Source: Chiloscyllium plagiosum
Lineage: Eukaryota
Reading direction: 5' to 3'
Assembly (NCBI RefSeq): GCF_004010195.1
Contig: NC_057719.1
Location: forward strand, 20,632,870 to 20,696,869
Length of the DNA stretch: 64,000 nt
The translations under genes and the position numbers were made by a program. Positions within the stretch are counted from its first letter, which is position 1. Each line of letters begins with the position of its first letter. Below, piece by piece: positions 35,621 through 49,043 of this stretch. The notes under the pieces are model-generated. The model worked only from the letters and a program-made list of their open reading frames with translations, was not told the origin of the DNA and did not search any database.

Positions 35621-38118
35621 GCAACTTCTGTTGTTCTCGTATCTGTGCCTTAGATCCAGATTGGGGATTCCAAACCCCCTCCCATGATATAATGAAGGTT
35701 GTCAGCTGGGAAGTGGAAATCAAGTAATGTAGGCTTTAAAATACCAGAACTGTGGAAACCATTTCCTATCAAAGAGTAGGAAATAGTTTCCACGTTAGTG
35801 AAACATGTTCTATGAGCAAAGGTCTTTCACCAATGTGTGGATGCAAAAGCGATATCTCAACAGTTAAAATGTTGCTTGCCTGTCACTGGCTCAAATCCTG
35901 CTATCCTTTCACTTGGTCAGATTCAAAAAGGCGCACCGGTAAAGTCAGAAATTTGACTACAAGAATGCGGCAATAAGAACGAAAAGCAGGCAGAAGTCAA
36001 AATTTCATATTCAAAGACACAGTTTAATGACATTGCCAACAGCATGTCTTAAATTTAACAGAAAGTGATAGGTAGTGCGACCTGTGGAAATGCAGTGTTA
36101 TTGAACAGCACCAGCTAGCTCACTTGCCTTAATTATTCATTCAGTTTTTCCCTGACTTTAGCCCTTTTTAAAGTCATGCAACTGGCTCCTGGGTAGCAAA
36201 TACTTCTGACTCCCAGATATTTAAAATGTATCATTCTGTGGTCTCTGTTCCCTCAAGGGAATTTGCACTTCCAATTCCCATACATTTTCTAGACCATTTA
36301 TGAATAATCACATCATATGCCAATGGCATCAAGTGGAAATTATTCTAAAATTGAGAGGTAACCATACCACACAGAATAAGATCAGCCTATTTACTTCACA
36401 AGAATTTATGTATTTCCCATAAATGATGAGCAATGTTTGTGATATGAAATTATAAATGCCTGGGGAGTATTAATGTTTTAATTTCATCAAATAAGTTCTG
36501 GTGCTGTGATAAAGCATGAAAATGAAATGTTTCTGGTTTATACAGTAATCGGGACCCGAGGGATCGAACTTTGTTTTCTGAGAAATGACATTATAAAAGT
36601 AGCTTTCATTACTTAGATGAACCAGTTTCACTGAAGCAAAGGAGTTATTCGAGTGTGTCAATGTTCTATCTGAAAGTAAATCATGCGTAAGAGGCGTGCT
36701 GTTGTGTAATTGCATTATTTTATTCAGCAGTTAACTGTTCCATGTTTTATTTATTAATAGTCGCTGCATCTGGCTGGTTTGGATTGCTTGTAGACTCCTT
36801 ATGTAAAACTAAACAATAATGTGAGGGAGTTTGTAGCCTGGTGACACGATTCATCTCAACAGCCTCACTCCATCAAGAGTCTGTGCTATTTCATCACACT
36901 ATGTGATTATTTTATGAATTTTGACATTAACTATCATCATCTGCTGATCTCTTATTTTAATGCATATTAACATGTAAATTTGATGAACATGGGCTGAGTT
37001 ATCTAACTTGGAAATTTGAATTTGAATTTGTTGGAAATCAGAAGCATTTGAAGCAGGATCCTTGGGTTAATTCAACAAATTGTCACTAACAAGTGAGGAA
37101 AGAGGTTGGGATTTTTAATGTTTCATTGCTCGAAGAGATATTGGAATATGGAATGATTTACATCTGGAATAACCAGGATAGAGATCAATCAATGCACCTT
37201 TTAACAGAAAGGAGACAAATATTTGGAGCTTCTCTGGGAGAAGCAATAAAGTAGATTTTGTTTTGAACGATAAACAAAAATACTGAGTACTGTAAGTCTG
37301 AATATATCTGTAATGAAGCAAACTGGACCCAAAGTACGATTTCTATTTCTGTCTCCAAAATACTACCAGATCTGCCAAGGAATTGTTTAAATTTGCTCCT
37401 AAGCTGCAAAGGCATCATCGGGTATTTGGCCCCTACGCGCTACAGGCACCTTTGATATTATGGCTCATATATTCACTGCCCAAACTAAATAGCTTAGTTG
37501 CTTCTACTTTTCGTAATTTAGATAAAATGTTTCATATCTTCCTTCATGAAACAGAAAGCAATGATGCTGTCCGTTGCCTCTCCAGATGACCACCAATGAA
37601 TGCAATCATTACAGCCTATAGTGTTACTGCAATCTACTTCTTTATTGACACTCAGTCAGTTTTACACTGCAGCAAAAAAATTGCATTAGTTTCTAACTCA
37701 AAACTGTCTCAGGTTTACTATTGAAATGTAAGTATTGCCTATATTAGTGAGGAATAGCCAGCCAGGCTTCAGTCACTTAGCTGGGTGTGTCCTCCTTCTC
37801 TTGGTTCCCAGATCAGGGTCTTGTTTCTATGATAGTTATTCCTAGGTTACCCTCATCAATGTCTTCAAAACACTTATTTCTATGTTTTTTTTCTTGATTT
37901 TCTGAAAAGTTTGATTCCCGCCCAGGAACCCTTGTGATTCTGAGATCATCCATCTAATGATCCTACAGACAAGATATATCTGTTCCATTATCTTCTCCTC
38001 TGTCTTTAATTTAGTAGCGTCAAACACCATGAAAGTCAAACAGTCTACATCACTCGACACTTGTTTAAAAAGCAATACCTGGTTCTACCATGCACAGTAG
38101 GCTATTGTTCCTGTGAAG

Positions 38119-38234
38119 GACAAAGTGAGGACTGCAGATGCTGAAAATCAGAGTCAAAAAGTGAAGTGCTGGAAAAGCTCAGCGTTCGAGGAGCAGGAGA
38201 GTCAACGTTTCAAGCATGAGCTTTTCATCAGGAA
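38119..38234 (-). mobile_element. PLE pLTR-only insertion
   Basis: AAAGTGAGGACTGCAGATGCTG terminus; perfect 13-bp TSD TGTTCCTGTGAAG at 38106-38118 and 38235-38247. Confidence 0.85.
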
Positions 38235-39464
38235 TGTTCCTGTGAAGTTGATCACTTTTTCCCATCATCCTTAGCTGTTCATCATTCCAGTACAGTGTAG
38301 GAACTAATATGGCTACAAGGACTATTTGATCCAATTGTATATATAACAAAACAGAAGACTATTCCTCATGTCAGACAGGAATCTCTCACACCAACAAGAA
38401 AAAATCCACTCACCAATCTGTCTTCTGCACCCATCAGAGATGCTGCAATAAATCAAATGGAGTAGTGACTAGTGAAAATAAATTCCAGCCCAGCCTCTGC
38501 TTCAGCACTTTCTCATTCCCCAAAGTGGCATGATGATGCTAGTATGTTTGAGACCTTGATCTTTCCACAACAAAAAGACAATTCCAACAAAGGCATCTTA
38601 AGGACTTATTGAAATGATACTTCAACTCAAAATGCCATTTCAGTTTAGCTGCTTTCTTGGCATTGTCATTTAGCAGTGTTGCTTTCCACCATTTTGCAAA
38701 ATCCTTTTCAGTGCCAATTCATTGGACAAACATGACTAGGCGAATCATATGGGAAATTAAGCAAGCCCTTCATCGATGTTGGATACAAGAAATTGTGTGT
38801 TCAAACTAAGCTCTAGAATTCACGACTAGGTTCTCATGAGTGATCAGCGAGAGGTCTATCACTCATTAGCATTCGTTAATCCCATTTCACTAATATGCAC
38901 TCTCCTATTCCATTAGTCACTAGATAGAAATTAGAAGCTGAGAATTCTTCACATGAAAGTCAGAGCAAACATCCTGTGACTTCAGCGCTCCTCCGGATCT
39001 CTGTTTATGGTAGTAGGCACCAATGTCTCAGGGTAGCTGTGTTACTCTTGTTCTAGGGGTGCTGGTGTCTGGCACATACCAGGTTTTTTGCACCATCATA
39101 ACATATTTTCAATCGAGTTACAGTAACCTCCACCACCATGCTAAACTCTGGGCACACTGACAACTATTGTCAGAATGGATGTTGCAAGGATACCTAGTGT
39201 CTCGGGGAAGACATCCAATTCATTGATTGGATTTCATGAAGAATCTTGGGGCTAGTCCTTTCCTGTCTTAACATTCACTTACATTGCACCTACTTGAAGG
39301 CAGCCACCATCCCTGTTAACCTTGCCTTGTCTTTTAATGTTCTACTCACTCAGCCACAGTGTAATAGCTTATAATGATCCTGTCTTGCCATTTAGTCCAG
39401 ACACAAAGCCGGGCATCTTGTCTTAATGGTCAGCAGTCATCAGTCAAAGGGGTAGACATTAACA

Positions 39465-40040
39465 ATTTTTGAGAAGATTTGTAGTTCAGGTTGATGGTAA
39501 CTGTGTAAGCTAGCTTGCTGAGCTGGAAGGTTTGTTTTCAGATGTTTCATCACCATAATAGTTAACACCATCAGTGAATCGTTGGTGGTATGTCCCACCT
39601 CTCTATTTATAGGTCTTGGTTTCTTAAGGTGGGTGATGTCATTTCCGGTTCTTTTATTCAAGGGAAGTTAGATAGGATCTAAATTGATGTGTTTATTGAT
39701 GGACCTCTTGTTAGAATGCCATGCCTCTCGGAATTATTGTGCATGTCTTTGTTTCGCCTGTCCTAGGATGTGTGTGTTGTCCCAGTCAACGTGGTGTCCT
39801 TCTTTGTCTGTATGTATGGAAACTAATGAGAGTGGGTCGTGTCTTTTGGTGGCGAGTTGGTGTTCATGTGTCCTGGTGGCAAGTTTCCTGCTAGTTTATC
39901 TGATGTAGTGTTTTTACAGTTCTTGCACTGTATCTTGTAAATGATGTTATTTTTGCTGCTGATATCTAAAGGATCCTTTAGGTTCATTAATCACTGTTTA
40001 AGTATGTTGGTAGGTTTGTGGGCTACCATGATGCAAGGGG
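39465..40040 (-). mobile_element. Poseidon-like PLE 3' fragment (GIY-YIG plus terminus)
   Basis: Colinear with 9558-9965; reverse strand RKLATRTHEHQLATKRHDPLSLVS and degraded hammerhead CTGATGG...GAAACATCTG. Confidence 0.8.
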
Positions 40041-40132
40041 TAGACATATGGCTGGATGGAACCTCTGCAGAATGTGCTAGCAGTCTACATTACAAACATA
40101 CATCATGTGCATCAGGTGAACAGCCATGTTTT

Positions 40133-40168
40133 AATCGACGTTTCGGGCAAAAGCCCTTCATCAGGAAT
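40133..40168 (-). ncRNA. Minimal hammerhead ribozyme motif
   Basis: Reverse strand ATTC-CTGATGA-A-GGGC-TTTT-GCCC-GAAAC-GTC-GATT. Confidence 0.72.
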
Positions 40169-41014
40169 AAAGGCAGAGAGCCTGAAGCATGGAGAGATAA
40201 GCTAGAGGAGGGTGGGGGTGGGGAGAGAGTAGCATNNNNNNNNNNNNNNNNNNNNNNNNNNNNNNNNNNNNNNNNNNNNNNNNNNNNNNNNNNNNNNNNN
40301 NNNNNNNNNNNNNNNNNNNNNNNNNNNNNNNNNNNNNNNNNNNNNNNNNNNNNNNNNNNNNNNNNNNNNNNNNNNNNNNNNNNNNNNNNNNNNNNNNNNN
40401 NNNNNNNNNNNNNNNNNNNNNNNNNNNNNNNNNNNNNNNNNNNNNNNNNNNNNNNNNNNNNNNNNNNNNNNNNNNNNNNNNNNNNNNNNNNNNNNNNNNN
40501 NNNNNNNNNNNNNNNNNNNNNNNNNNNNNNNNNNNNNNNNNNNNNNNNNNNNNNNNNNNNNNNNNNNNNNNNNNNNNNNNNNNNNNNNNNNNNNNNNNNN
40601 NNNNNNNNNNNNNNNNNNNNNNNNNNNNNNNNNNNNNNNNNNNNNNNNNNNNNNNNNNNNNNNNNNNNNNNNNNNNNNNNNNNNNNNNNNNNNNNNNNNN
40701 NNNNNNNNNNNNNNNNNNNNNNNNNNNNNNNNNNNNNNNNNNNNNNNNNNNNNNNNNNNNNNNNNNNNNNNNNNNNNNNNNNNNNNNNNNNNNNNNNNNN
40801 NNNNNNNNNNNNNNNNNNNNNNNNNNNNNNNNNNNNNNNNNNTCCTCTAGCTTATCTCTCCATGCTTCAGGCTCTCTGCCTTTATTCTTGATGAAGGGCT
40901 TTTGCCCGAAACGTCGATTTTGCCTGTCCTCGGATGCTGCCTGAATTGCTGTGCTCTTCCAGCACCACTAATCCAGAATCTGGTTTCCAGCATCTGCAGT
41001 CATTGTTTTTACCT
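40135..41014. mobile_element. Young fold-back PLE insertion spanning an N-gap
   Basis: 40135-40235 is reverse complement of 40843-40920; perfect 13-bp TSD AGCCATGTTTTAA at 40122-40134 and 41015-41027. Confidence 0.88.
40236..40842. other. Assembly gap (607 N) inside fold-back PLE
   Basis: N run. Confidence 1.
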
Positions 41015-41307
41015 AGCCATGTTTTAAGGTCAACAGGGATTGTCATCAGTCAAGTCTAGGGGAGCTTTGGTTAGTCAGAAGTGGGTTCCAATGCAGTCAG
41101 TCAAGAGCAGGGTCCCGAGTGACTCCAGGGGTTTCAGCCTGGTCAGATGTCCATTTGGAATGACCTGTGTGAGGTTTCCATTTCACTGCAGTCTAGGAAG
41201 TGTGTCAATGTGGCCCAGTGCAACCAGTCAGGGGCATGAGTGGACTGTCAGTTGCAGAGTTGCAGGGAGATCAGTCTGGGGTCTGATCTAGCATCTTCCT
41301 GGGGCTG

Positions 41308-41521
41308 GATTAGTGGTGCTGGAAGAGCACAGCAGTTCAGGCAGCATCCGAAGAGCAGTAAAATCGACATTTTGGGCAAAAGCCTTTCATCATCCCTGAT
41401 GAAGGGCTTTTGCCCGAAACGTCGATTTACTGCTCCTCGGATGCTGCCTGAACTGCTGTGCTCTTCCAGCACCACTAATCCAGAATCTGATTTCCAGCAT
41501 CTGCAGTTATTGTTTTTACCT
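41308..41521. mobile_element. Young fold-back PLE-terminus element
   Basis: Inverted arms centred at ~41394; perfect 15-bp TSD ATCTTCCTGGGGCTG at 41293-41307 and 41522-41536. Confidence 0.9.
41392..41427 (+). ncRNA. Minimal hammerhead ribozyme motif
   Basis: CTGATGA(41396-41402)-A-GGGC-TTTT-GCCC-GAAAC-GTC(41421-41423). Confidence 0.68.
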
Positions 41522-42999
41522 ATCTTCCTGGGGCTGTCTAAGTCAGTCATTGGATTTGGAGAATGGTCAGTCCTGGGGAAATGAATGTCGTGTGGGTAAA
41601 TGGAGAGTGTGTAGAGAGGTGGTGGGACTGAAATTTGGATCTGGGGGTCAGGATTGTGCAGGATGCAGTGACAATAAAATGAGTGTCATTCAATATGTAG
41701 GTGAAGGAGCCAGTAGTGCATGGGAAGACATTGCATGCTGCAAGAGTCAGGATGATAGGCAGTGACAACATTCATGGTTTCGGCTGGGGCACTGTGTGTC
41801 ATGGTGGGCATAACCAAACAGCAATCACGGCGCTGAGTGGGGGGGGGAGGGGGGGTGAAGATAAGGATGCGAATTGGAACCATAGTTTGAGGCAGCATGT
41901 GGGAACATATGGGATTTCAGTAGAGACGGATTGTCCAGTGATTGCTGGATAGAAAGATGAAAGATGGATAAATGGAAGTTTGGGTGGTTTACATGATGTG
42001 CAGGCTGAGCATTTGCATTAATCAGGCACTTACAATGCACTTGTAGTCATAGCATTGTGCATGTGAAGAGCATGCAGTGTACAACTACATGGAGTGCAAA
42101 TGCTGGTCATAATAATGTTGATGATGTCATTGATCCTTGCAGATTGTAGATTGATTTCTCTTTGAAGCAGAAGTCATCACAGGCCATCTTAAAAGAGACA
42201 CCTGGTAGCCACAGCACAAACTAGATAATATAAGATCACCGAGGGTGCATAATGATATGAAGCCAATTGCCTCTCAATCTGAACTATGAACATAATGGCA
42301 AGACCTGATCTCTTGTCTACAATCATGTTTTTTGTTGATGAAGTAGGGAGTGGATTCAGTACTTATCCAGCTTGTACACTCCCCTGCTGGCTTTTGCCAC
42401 ACAACTGATGGCGTATTGATCAGAACGGGGTCCAATGTCAAAGTGCTAAAATGACTCATTCCACAAGTCTGCTTTTCTGATTGATCCATTACCCATGTAC
42501 AGCCATCATTCATGAGTGATTTGATTACTGACTAATAGCATTGAAAAGGACCCTTTTTCTATTTCGCCTGCTCCTCACACAGGTTCACTGCAATAATAAC
42601 TGTTGGATCCAGCTATAGCTGGTGAGATTGTCATTCTTGGTTTGATGTAATAAAGGGACAGTGAAATGGATGAGGAACAGATATGCCAGCAAGTCCAGTA
42701 CTAGTAACTACTTCCACCAGTTTCTGAATAGCCTCCACATGAAGACATTGCATCTGGAAGCCCTCAGGATGTGCAGGAGATAGAGAAACACCAATATTTG
42801 TTATCATCAACACCATGTAATCTAGACAAATCAGGCTCAGTATCAGTACAGATTTAGGACATCTTGAGACACTGCTGTTGAATTATAGCAACTGTTGGAG
42901 CAGTGTCTGCAACCTGAAGAACTGAGTAGCAATCAAGGTGACAACTGCATCAAACCTCTCTGTGTCTTGCTCCTTACAGCAGATACTAGAGACCTCAAA

Positions 43000-43950
43000 G
43001 AGTCAGAGAGTCACAGAGATGTACAGCCCAGAAACAGACCCTTCGGTCCAACTCAACCATGCTGACCAGATATCCTAACCCAATCTAGTCCCACCTGCCA
43101 GCAACCGGCCCATATCCCTCCAAACCCTTCCTATTCATATACCCATCCAAATGCCTCTTAAATGTTGCAATTGTACCAGCCTCCACCACATCCTCTGGCA
43201 GCTCATTCCATACACGAACCACTCTCTGCATGAAAAAGTTGCCCCTTAGGTCTCTTTTATATCTTCCCCCACTCACCCTAAATCTATGCCCTCTAGTTCT
43301 GGACTCCCCCACCTTGGGAAAAGTCCATGTCTACTTATCCTATCCATGCCCCTCATGATGTTATAAATCTCTGTAAGGTAATCCCTCAGCCTCCAACACT
43401 CCAGGGAAAACATCCCCAGCCTATTCAACCTTTCCCTATAGCTCAAATCCTCCAACCCTGGCAACATCCTTATAAACTGTTTTCTGAACCCTTTCAAGTT
43501 TCACAATATCCTTCTGATAGGAAGGAGACCAGAACTGCGCACAATATTCCAAAAATGGCCTAACCAACATCCTATACAGCTGCAACATGACCTCCCAACT
43601 CCTGTACTCAATACTCTGACCAATAAAGGAAAGCATACCAAACACCTTCTTCACTATCCTATCCGCCTAAGACTCTACTTTCAAGGAGCTATGAACCTGC
43701 AATCCAAGGTCTCTTTGTTCAGCAACACTTCCTAGGACCTTATCATTAACTGTATAAGTCCTGCTAAGATTTGCTTTCCCAAAATGCAGTACCTCACATT
43801 TATCTAAATTAAACTCCATCTGATACTTCTCAGCCCATTGGCTCATCTGATCAAGATCACGTTGTAATTTGAGGTAACCTTCTTTGCTGCCCACTGCACC
43901 CCCAATTTTGGTGTCATCTGCAAACTTACTGTCTATATCTCCTATGCTCA
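43000..43950 (-). mobile_element. CR1 LINE 3' fragment
   Basis: SKFADDTKIGG, FNLDKCEVLHFG, LVRPFLEYCAQFWSP, FFMQRVVRVWNELP. Confidence 0.93.
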
Positions 43951-44127
43951 CATTCTCAATCATTGAAATGTATCAAGGCTATTATTAATGCAATTTGTGC
44001 CAGATCATAGCACTGCATCTTGGTTCATTGTGACAATGACAGTGCTGTAGCCCAGGCAGTAGGATTGGGCAATATATGTTGCTTTCCCCCAATGCAGGGC
44101 ATTAACTGTACCAACATTGCACTGAAT

Positions 44128-44250
44128 GGATGAAGGGCTTTTGCCCAAAACGTTGATTCTCCTGCTCCTTAGGTGCTGCCTGACCTGCTGTGCTTTTCTA
44201 GCACCCCACTCTCAACTTTGATCTCCAGCATCTGCAGTCTTCACTTTCTA
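44128..44250 (+). mobile_element. PLE pLTR fragment
   Basis: GATGAAGGGCTTTTGCCCAAAACGTTGATTCTCCTG...CTGCAGTCTTCACTTTCT. Confidence 0.8.
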
Positions 44251-44363
44251 CCAGACTATATCACAACACAGCTTTGTTTACCTATAAAAAAGTGTTTCAT
44301 TCCATGTGCAAGTGATCTGTGATCATCAGTTCCACTTTCTGGAAATATGCATCAGGTACCCTG

Positions 44364-44673
44364 GGGGCAGCACAGTGGCACAGTGGTTAGCACTCCTGCC
44401 TCACAGCACTAGAGAGCCAGGTTCAATTCTCACCTCAGGCAACTGTCTGTGTGAAGGTTGCACATTCTCCTCGTGTCTGGGTGGGTTTCCTCCTGGTACT
44501 CCAGTTTCCTCCCACAGTCCAAAAATGTGCAGGTTAGGTGAATTGGCCATGCAAAATTGCTCATAGTGTTAGGTGTAGGTGAATGAGTCTGGGTGAGTTG
44601 CTCTTTGGAAGGTCGGTGTGGACTTTTTAGGCCGAATGGCCTGTTTCCACACTGTAAGTAATCTAATCTAATC
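44364..44673 (+). mobile_element. HE1-type V-SINE
   Basis: A/B boxes, V-domain, (AATCT)n tail. Confidence 0.88.
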
Positions 44674-44771
44674 AAACTGCCATGATATTTATATTCTCGA
44701 ACACTCTCATGTTCCTGCTGTGTTTGAGCATCCAGGTGCCTTATGATGCGTACCTGAAAGACTAGGGCATA

Positions 44772-45510
44772 CATAGAACATAGAACATAGAAGAATACAG
44801 CGCAGTACAGGCCCTTCGGCCCTCGATGTTGCGCCGATCCAAGCCCACCTAACCTAAATTAGCCCACTATCCTCCATATGCCTATCCAATGCCCGCTTAA
44901 ATGCCCATAATGAGGGAGAGTCCACCACTGCTACTGGCAGGGCATTCCATGAACTCACGACTCGCTGAGTAAAGAACCTACCCCTAACATCTGTCCTATA
45001 CCTACCCCCCCTTAACTTAAAGCTGTGCCCCCTCCTAATAGCTGACTCCATACGTGGAAAAAGATTCTCACTATCGACCCTATCTAAACCCCTAATCATC
45101 TTGTACACCTCTATCAAGTCACCCCTAAACCTTCTTTTCTCCAATGAAAACAACCCCAAGTGCCTCAGCCTTTCCTCATACGATCTTTCTACCATACCAG
45201 GCAACATCCTGATAAACCTCCTCTGCACCCGTTCCAGTGCCTCCACATCCTTCCTATAGTATGGCGACCAAAACTGCACACAATACTCCAGATGCGGCCG
45301 CACCAGAGTCTTATACAACTGCAACATGACCTCAGTACTCCGGAACTCAATTCCTCTACCAATAAAAGCCAGTACGCCATATGCCTTCTTCACCGCACTA
45401 TTTACCTGGGTGGCAACTTTCAAAGATCTGTGTACATGGACACCAAGATCCCTCTGCTCATCCACACTACCAAGTATCCGTCCATTAGCCCAGTACCCCA
45501 TCTTTTTATT
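44772..45510 (-). mobile_element. Young CR1 LINE 3' fragment (open frame to natural stop)
   Basis: ORF 44854-45555: RDLGVHVHRSLKVATQV...LYKTLVRPHLEYCVQFWSP...FFTQRVVSSWNALP; (CATAGAA)n tail. Confidence 0.95.
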
Positions 45511-46944
45511 ACTCTTATAGCTTTTATTACAGTTATAGCTGATAACTGACTCCATTACAAAGCTCCCATCTCTGATCTAGACCTTGCTTTGCATCTATTT
45601 TTAACCTCAATTCAATGCCTATTAACAAGTAACATTGGACAAATACCATTCACTGAGCTCTTGATCTACAAGTTTCACCACTGCTGAAAATATGAGTCAA
45701 CAGTTAATTGGTCATTGTTTAAATCTAATGCTTCAAGCATTCTCAGAACTTTACCCTCCTGTCTGAACTAGGCATGTATGTTTCATGTCATATTGTTGAC
45801 ATTTTTGTTTTTTGGGAATAATTCCTTTCTCACTTGTAATTTGACTCCTTCATTTTGATCTAGTTAATTGTGTATTAACTTAAGGGTGATTAAAATAACA
45901 AAAGTTGTTGCAATTGACTGAATGAGAGCTAGGGAGAGCGGAATGGATTCTCCATTCTCATCTGGCCATAAGAGTACTCATTGTTAAGCCAACAATGTTT
46001 ACACTGACTCAGGCATGTTCATTGGTTGGATAATTGCCTTCCACCCAAAGACCGGCTGAAGGGTGAAATGAAGGTTATTGTGTCAAGATGTCTGGGTATC
46101 TATACCTCCAGTCCACCTGAAAGCAAGTTGTGACGGCATTGATATTGCCAGCTGCAGTGACATTGGGAGGTTGAATTTGGAAGTTGACCACCATGGCATC
46201 AGCCATTATCTTCTCAAATGGATTCAGTAAGTCATTCACAATTTCATACTGAGGCTGGGCATTTGAGGGAGCTCCTCTTCTCTCTCGTAGAAATCTCACC
46301 AAACATACAGTGAACGCTGTCGCAATGCTAATAGCTAATTTAGAGCACAGGAACAGGCAGCCCTTTTTCTGTTCAGTTATGACATGGCTAACACACCTTG
46401 ACTCCGTTTATCTACCTTTGATTCAATGTCTTTGATATATTTGTATTAGGTGAGGGTATGAAACTTAGTGCTGAAGATGTTATTTCATCTATTGTTCACT
46501 GCCTTTGTGAGATAAGTGTTGAGAATTCTACTATCATTTTCATGTAAAAGTGCTTCCTAATCTTACTCTTAAATAACCTGGCTCTAATTTAAAGATTTTA
46601 TCCTCTAGTTCTGGATTTTCAGATGAGAGGAATTAATTTCCCTCAATATGCCTTTGGTTTAACAGTCTAAAATACTCAATGAGAACTTTCCAATTTTAAG
46701 CCAATACACAAAAAGCTCATGCAACTTTTCATCATTAACACTTCAACCCTGTGCTCCTGGCAAATCTTTCTAAGACCAATATGTTTCAACTTTAATAACT
46801 ATATTATTAATTAGATGTCAGTTAAATTATTTAAAATTATGCTAAATTATAATGGAGAGAGAAACAATGACATCTGCTTTAATCTCCAAGTTTGAACAGT
46901 TGGATTTGACCATACTTTTGGGTAAGTGTCATTTTGTTGAGTTT

Positions 46945-48500
46945 CATAGAACATAGAACATTACAGTGCAGTACAGGCCCTTCAGCTGACCTGTGGAACC
47001 AATCTGAAGCCCATCGATCCTACACTATTCCATTTTCATCCATATGTTTATCCAATGACCATTTAAATGCCCTTAAAGTTAGCGAGTCTACTACTGTTGC
47101 AGGCAGTGCGTTCCACGCCCCTACTACTCTCTGAGTAAGAAACTACGTCTGATATCTGTCCTATATCTATCAACCCTCAATTTAAAGTTATGTCCCCTCA
47201 TGCTGACCATCACCATTCATGGAAAAAGGCTCTCCCTGTCCACCCTATCTAACCCTCTGATTATCCTATATGTCTCAATTAAGTCACCTCTCAACTTTCT
47301 TTTTTCTGACAAAAACAGCCTCAAGTCCCTCAGGCTTTCCTCATAAGACCTTCCACCATGCCAGGCAACATCCTAGTAAATCTTTTCTGCACCCTTTCCA
47401 AAGTTTCCACATCCTTCCTATAATGCGATGACCAGAACTGTACACAATACCTCAAGTGCGGCCGCACCAGAGTTTTGTACAGCTGCAGCATGACCTCGTG
47501 GCTCCTAAACACAATCCCTCAACTCATAAAATCTAACACACTGTCTGCCTTCTTAACAACTTGAACAACCTGGGTGGCAACTTTCAGGGATCTATATACA
47601 TGGACACCAAGATCTCTCTGCTCATCTACATTACCAAGAATCTTATCATTAGCCCAGTACTCTTTATTCCTGTCACTCCTTCCAAAGGGAATCACCTCAT
47701 ACCTTTCCACATGCCACTCGCAGCCCAGCTCTGCAGCTTATACATGTTCCTCTGCAACCTGCAACATCCTTCAGCACCATTCACAACTCCATCAACCTTT
47801 GTGTTACCTGCAAATTTACTAACCCATCCTTCTACTCTCTCATTTAAGTCATTTATAAAAATGGCAAACAGCAGTGGACCCAAAACTGATCCTTGCAGTA
47901 CACCACTAGTAACTGAACTCCAGGATAAACATTTCTCATCAACCACCACCCTCTATCTTTTTCCAGCAAGCTATTTCTGATCCAAACCACTAAATCACCC
48001 TCAATACCATGCCTCCATATTTTGTGCAATAGCCTACTGTGGGCAAACTTATCAAACACCTTACTGAAAAACAAATACGCCACATCAATCTGTTTGGTCA
48101 CCATCTCAAATAACTTAATCAGGTTTGTCAGGCACAGCCTACCCTTCACAAAACCATGTTGACTATCCTTAATCAACGTATTCCTGTCGAGATGATAATA
48201 AATCCTGTCTCTTATAACTTTTTCCAAAACTTTACCCACAACCAAAGTAAGGCTTACTGGTCTACAATTACCAGGGTTGTCTTTATTCCTCTTCTTGAAC
48301 AAGGCAACAACATTTGCGATTCTCCAGTCTTCTGGCACTATTCTTGTAGACAATGATGACATAAAGATCAAAGCCAAAGGCTTGGCAATCTCCTCCCTGG
48401 CTTCCCAGATTATCCTAGAATAAATCCCATCCAGCCCAGGGGATTTACCTGTTTTCACACTTACACCTCATCCTTGAGAATCTCAATCCCATCTAGTCTA
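46945..48500 (-). mobile_element. CR1 LINE RT fragment
   Basis: [55 protein letters not shown]. Confidence 0.93.
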
Positions 48501-48543
48501 GTAGCCTATATCTCATGATTTGGAGATGCCGGTGTTGGACTGG

Positions 48544-49043
48544 NNNNNNNNNNNNNNNNNNNNNNNNNNNNNNNNNNNNNNNNNNNNNNNNNNNNNNNNN
48601 NNNNNNNNNNNNNNNNNNNNNNNNNNNNNNNNNNNNNNNNNNNNNNNNNNNNNNNNNNNNNNNNNNNNNNNNNNNNNNNNNNNNNNNNNNNNNNNNNNNN
48701 NNNNNNNNNNNNNNNNNNNNNNNNNNNNNNNNNNNNNNNNNNNNNNNNNNNNNNNNNNNNNNNNNNNNNNNNNNNNNNNNNNNNNNNNNNNNNNNNNNNN
48801 NNNNNNNNNNNNNNNNNNNNNNNNNNNNNNNNNNNNNNNNNNNNNNNNNNNNNNNNNNNNNNNNNNNNNNNNNNNNNNNNNNNNNNNNNNNNNNNNNNNN
48901 NNNNNNNNNNNNNNNNNNNNNNNNNNNNNNNNNNNNNNNNNNNNNNNNNNNNNNNNNNNNNNNNNNNNNNNNNNNNNNNNNNNNNNNNNNNNNNNNNNNN
49001 NNNNNNNNNNNNNNNNNNNNNNNNNNNNNNNNNNNNNNNNNNN
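48544..49043. other. Assembly gap (500 N) directly after a PLE terminus
   Basis: N run of exactly 500, possibly a placeholder size. Confidence 1.

Larger units (their letters stand above)
42820..44771 (+). pseudogene. Harbinger/PIF (HARBI1-like) DDE transposase relic, interrupted by CR1, PLE terminus and SINE
   Basis: Stitched reading: YRFRTS*DTAVEL*QLL / AIKVTTASNLSVSCSLQ / KCIKAIINAICAR...GLGNICCFPPMQG / NCTNIAL / KKCFHS / VQVICDHQFHFLEICIRYPG / NCHDIYILEHSHVP; motif order matches HARBI1-like FP..G.IDCTH, NRKG.HS.NVQ.VCD, PGS.HD. Confidence 0.75.

Noticed and set aside
46075..46302. 75-aa ORF or exon candidate with GTAAGT donor at ~46227
   Set aside because: No recognisable protein similarity in either orientation and no supporting neighbouring exons
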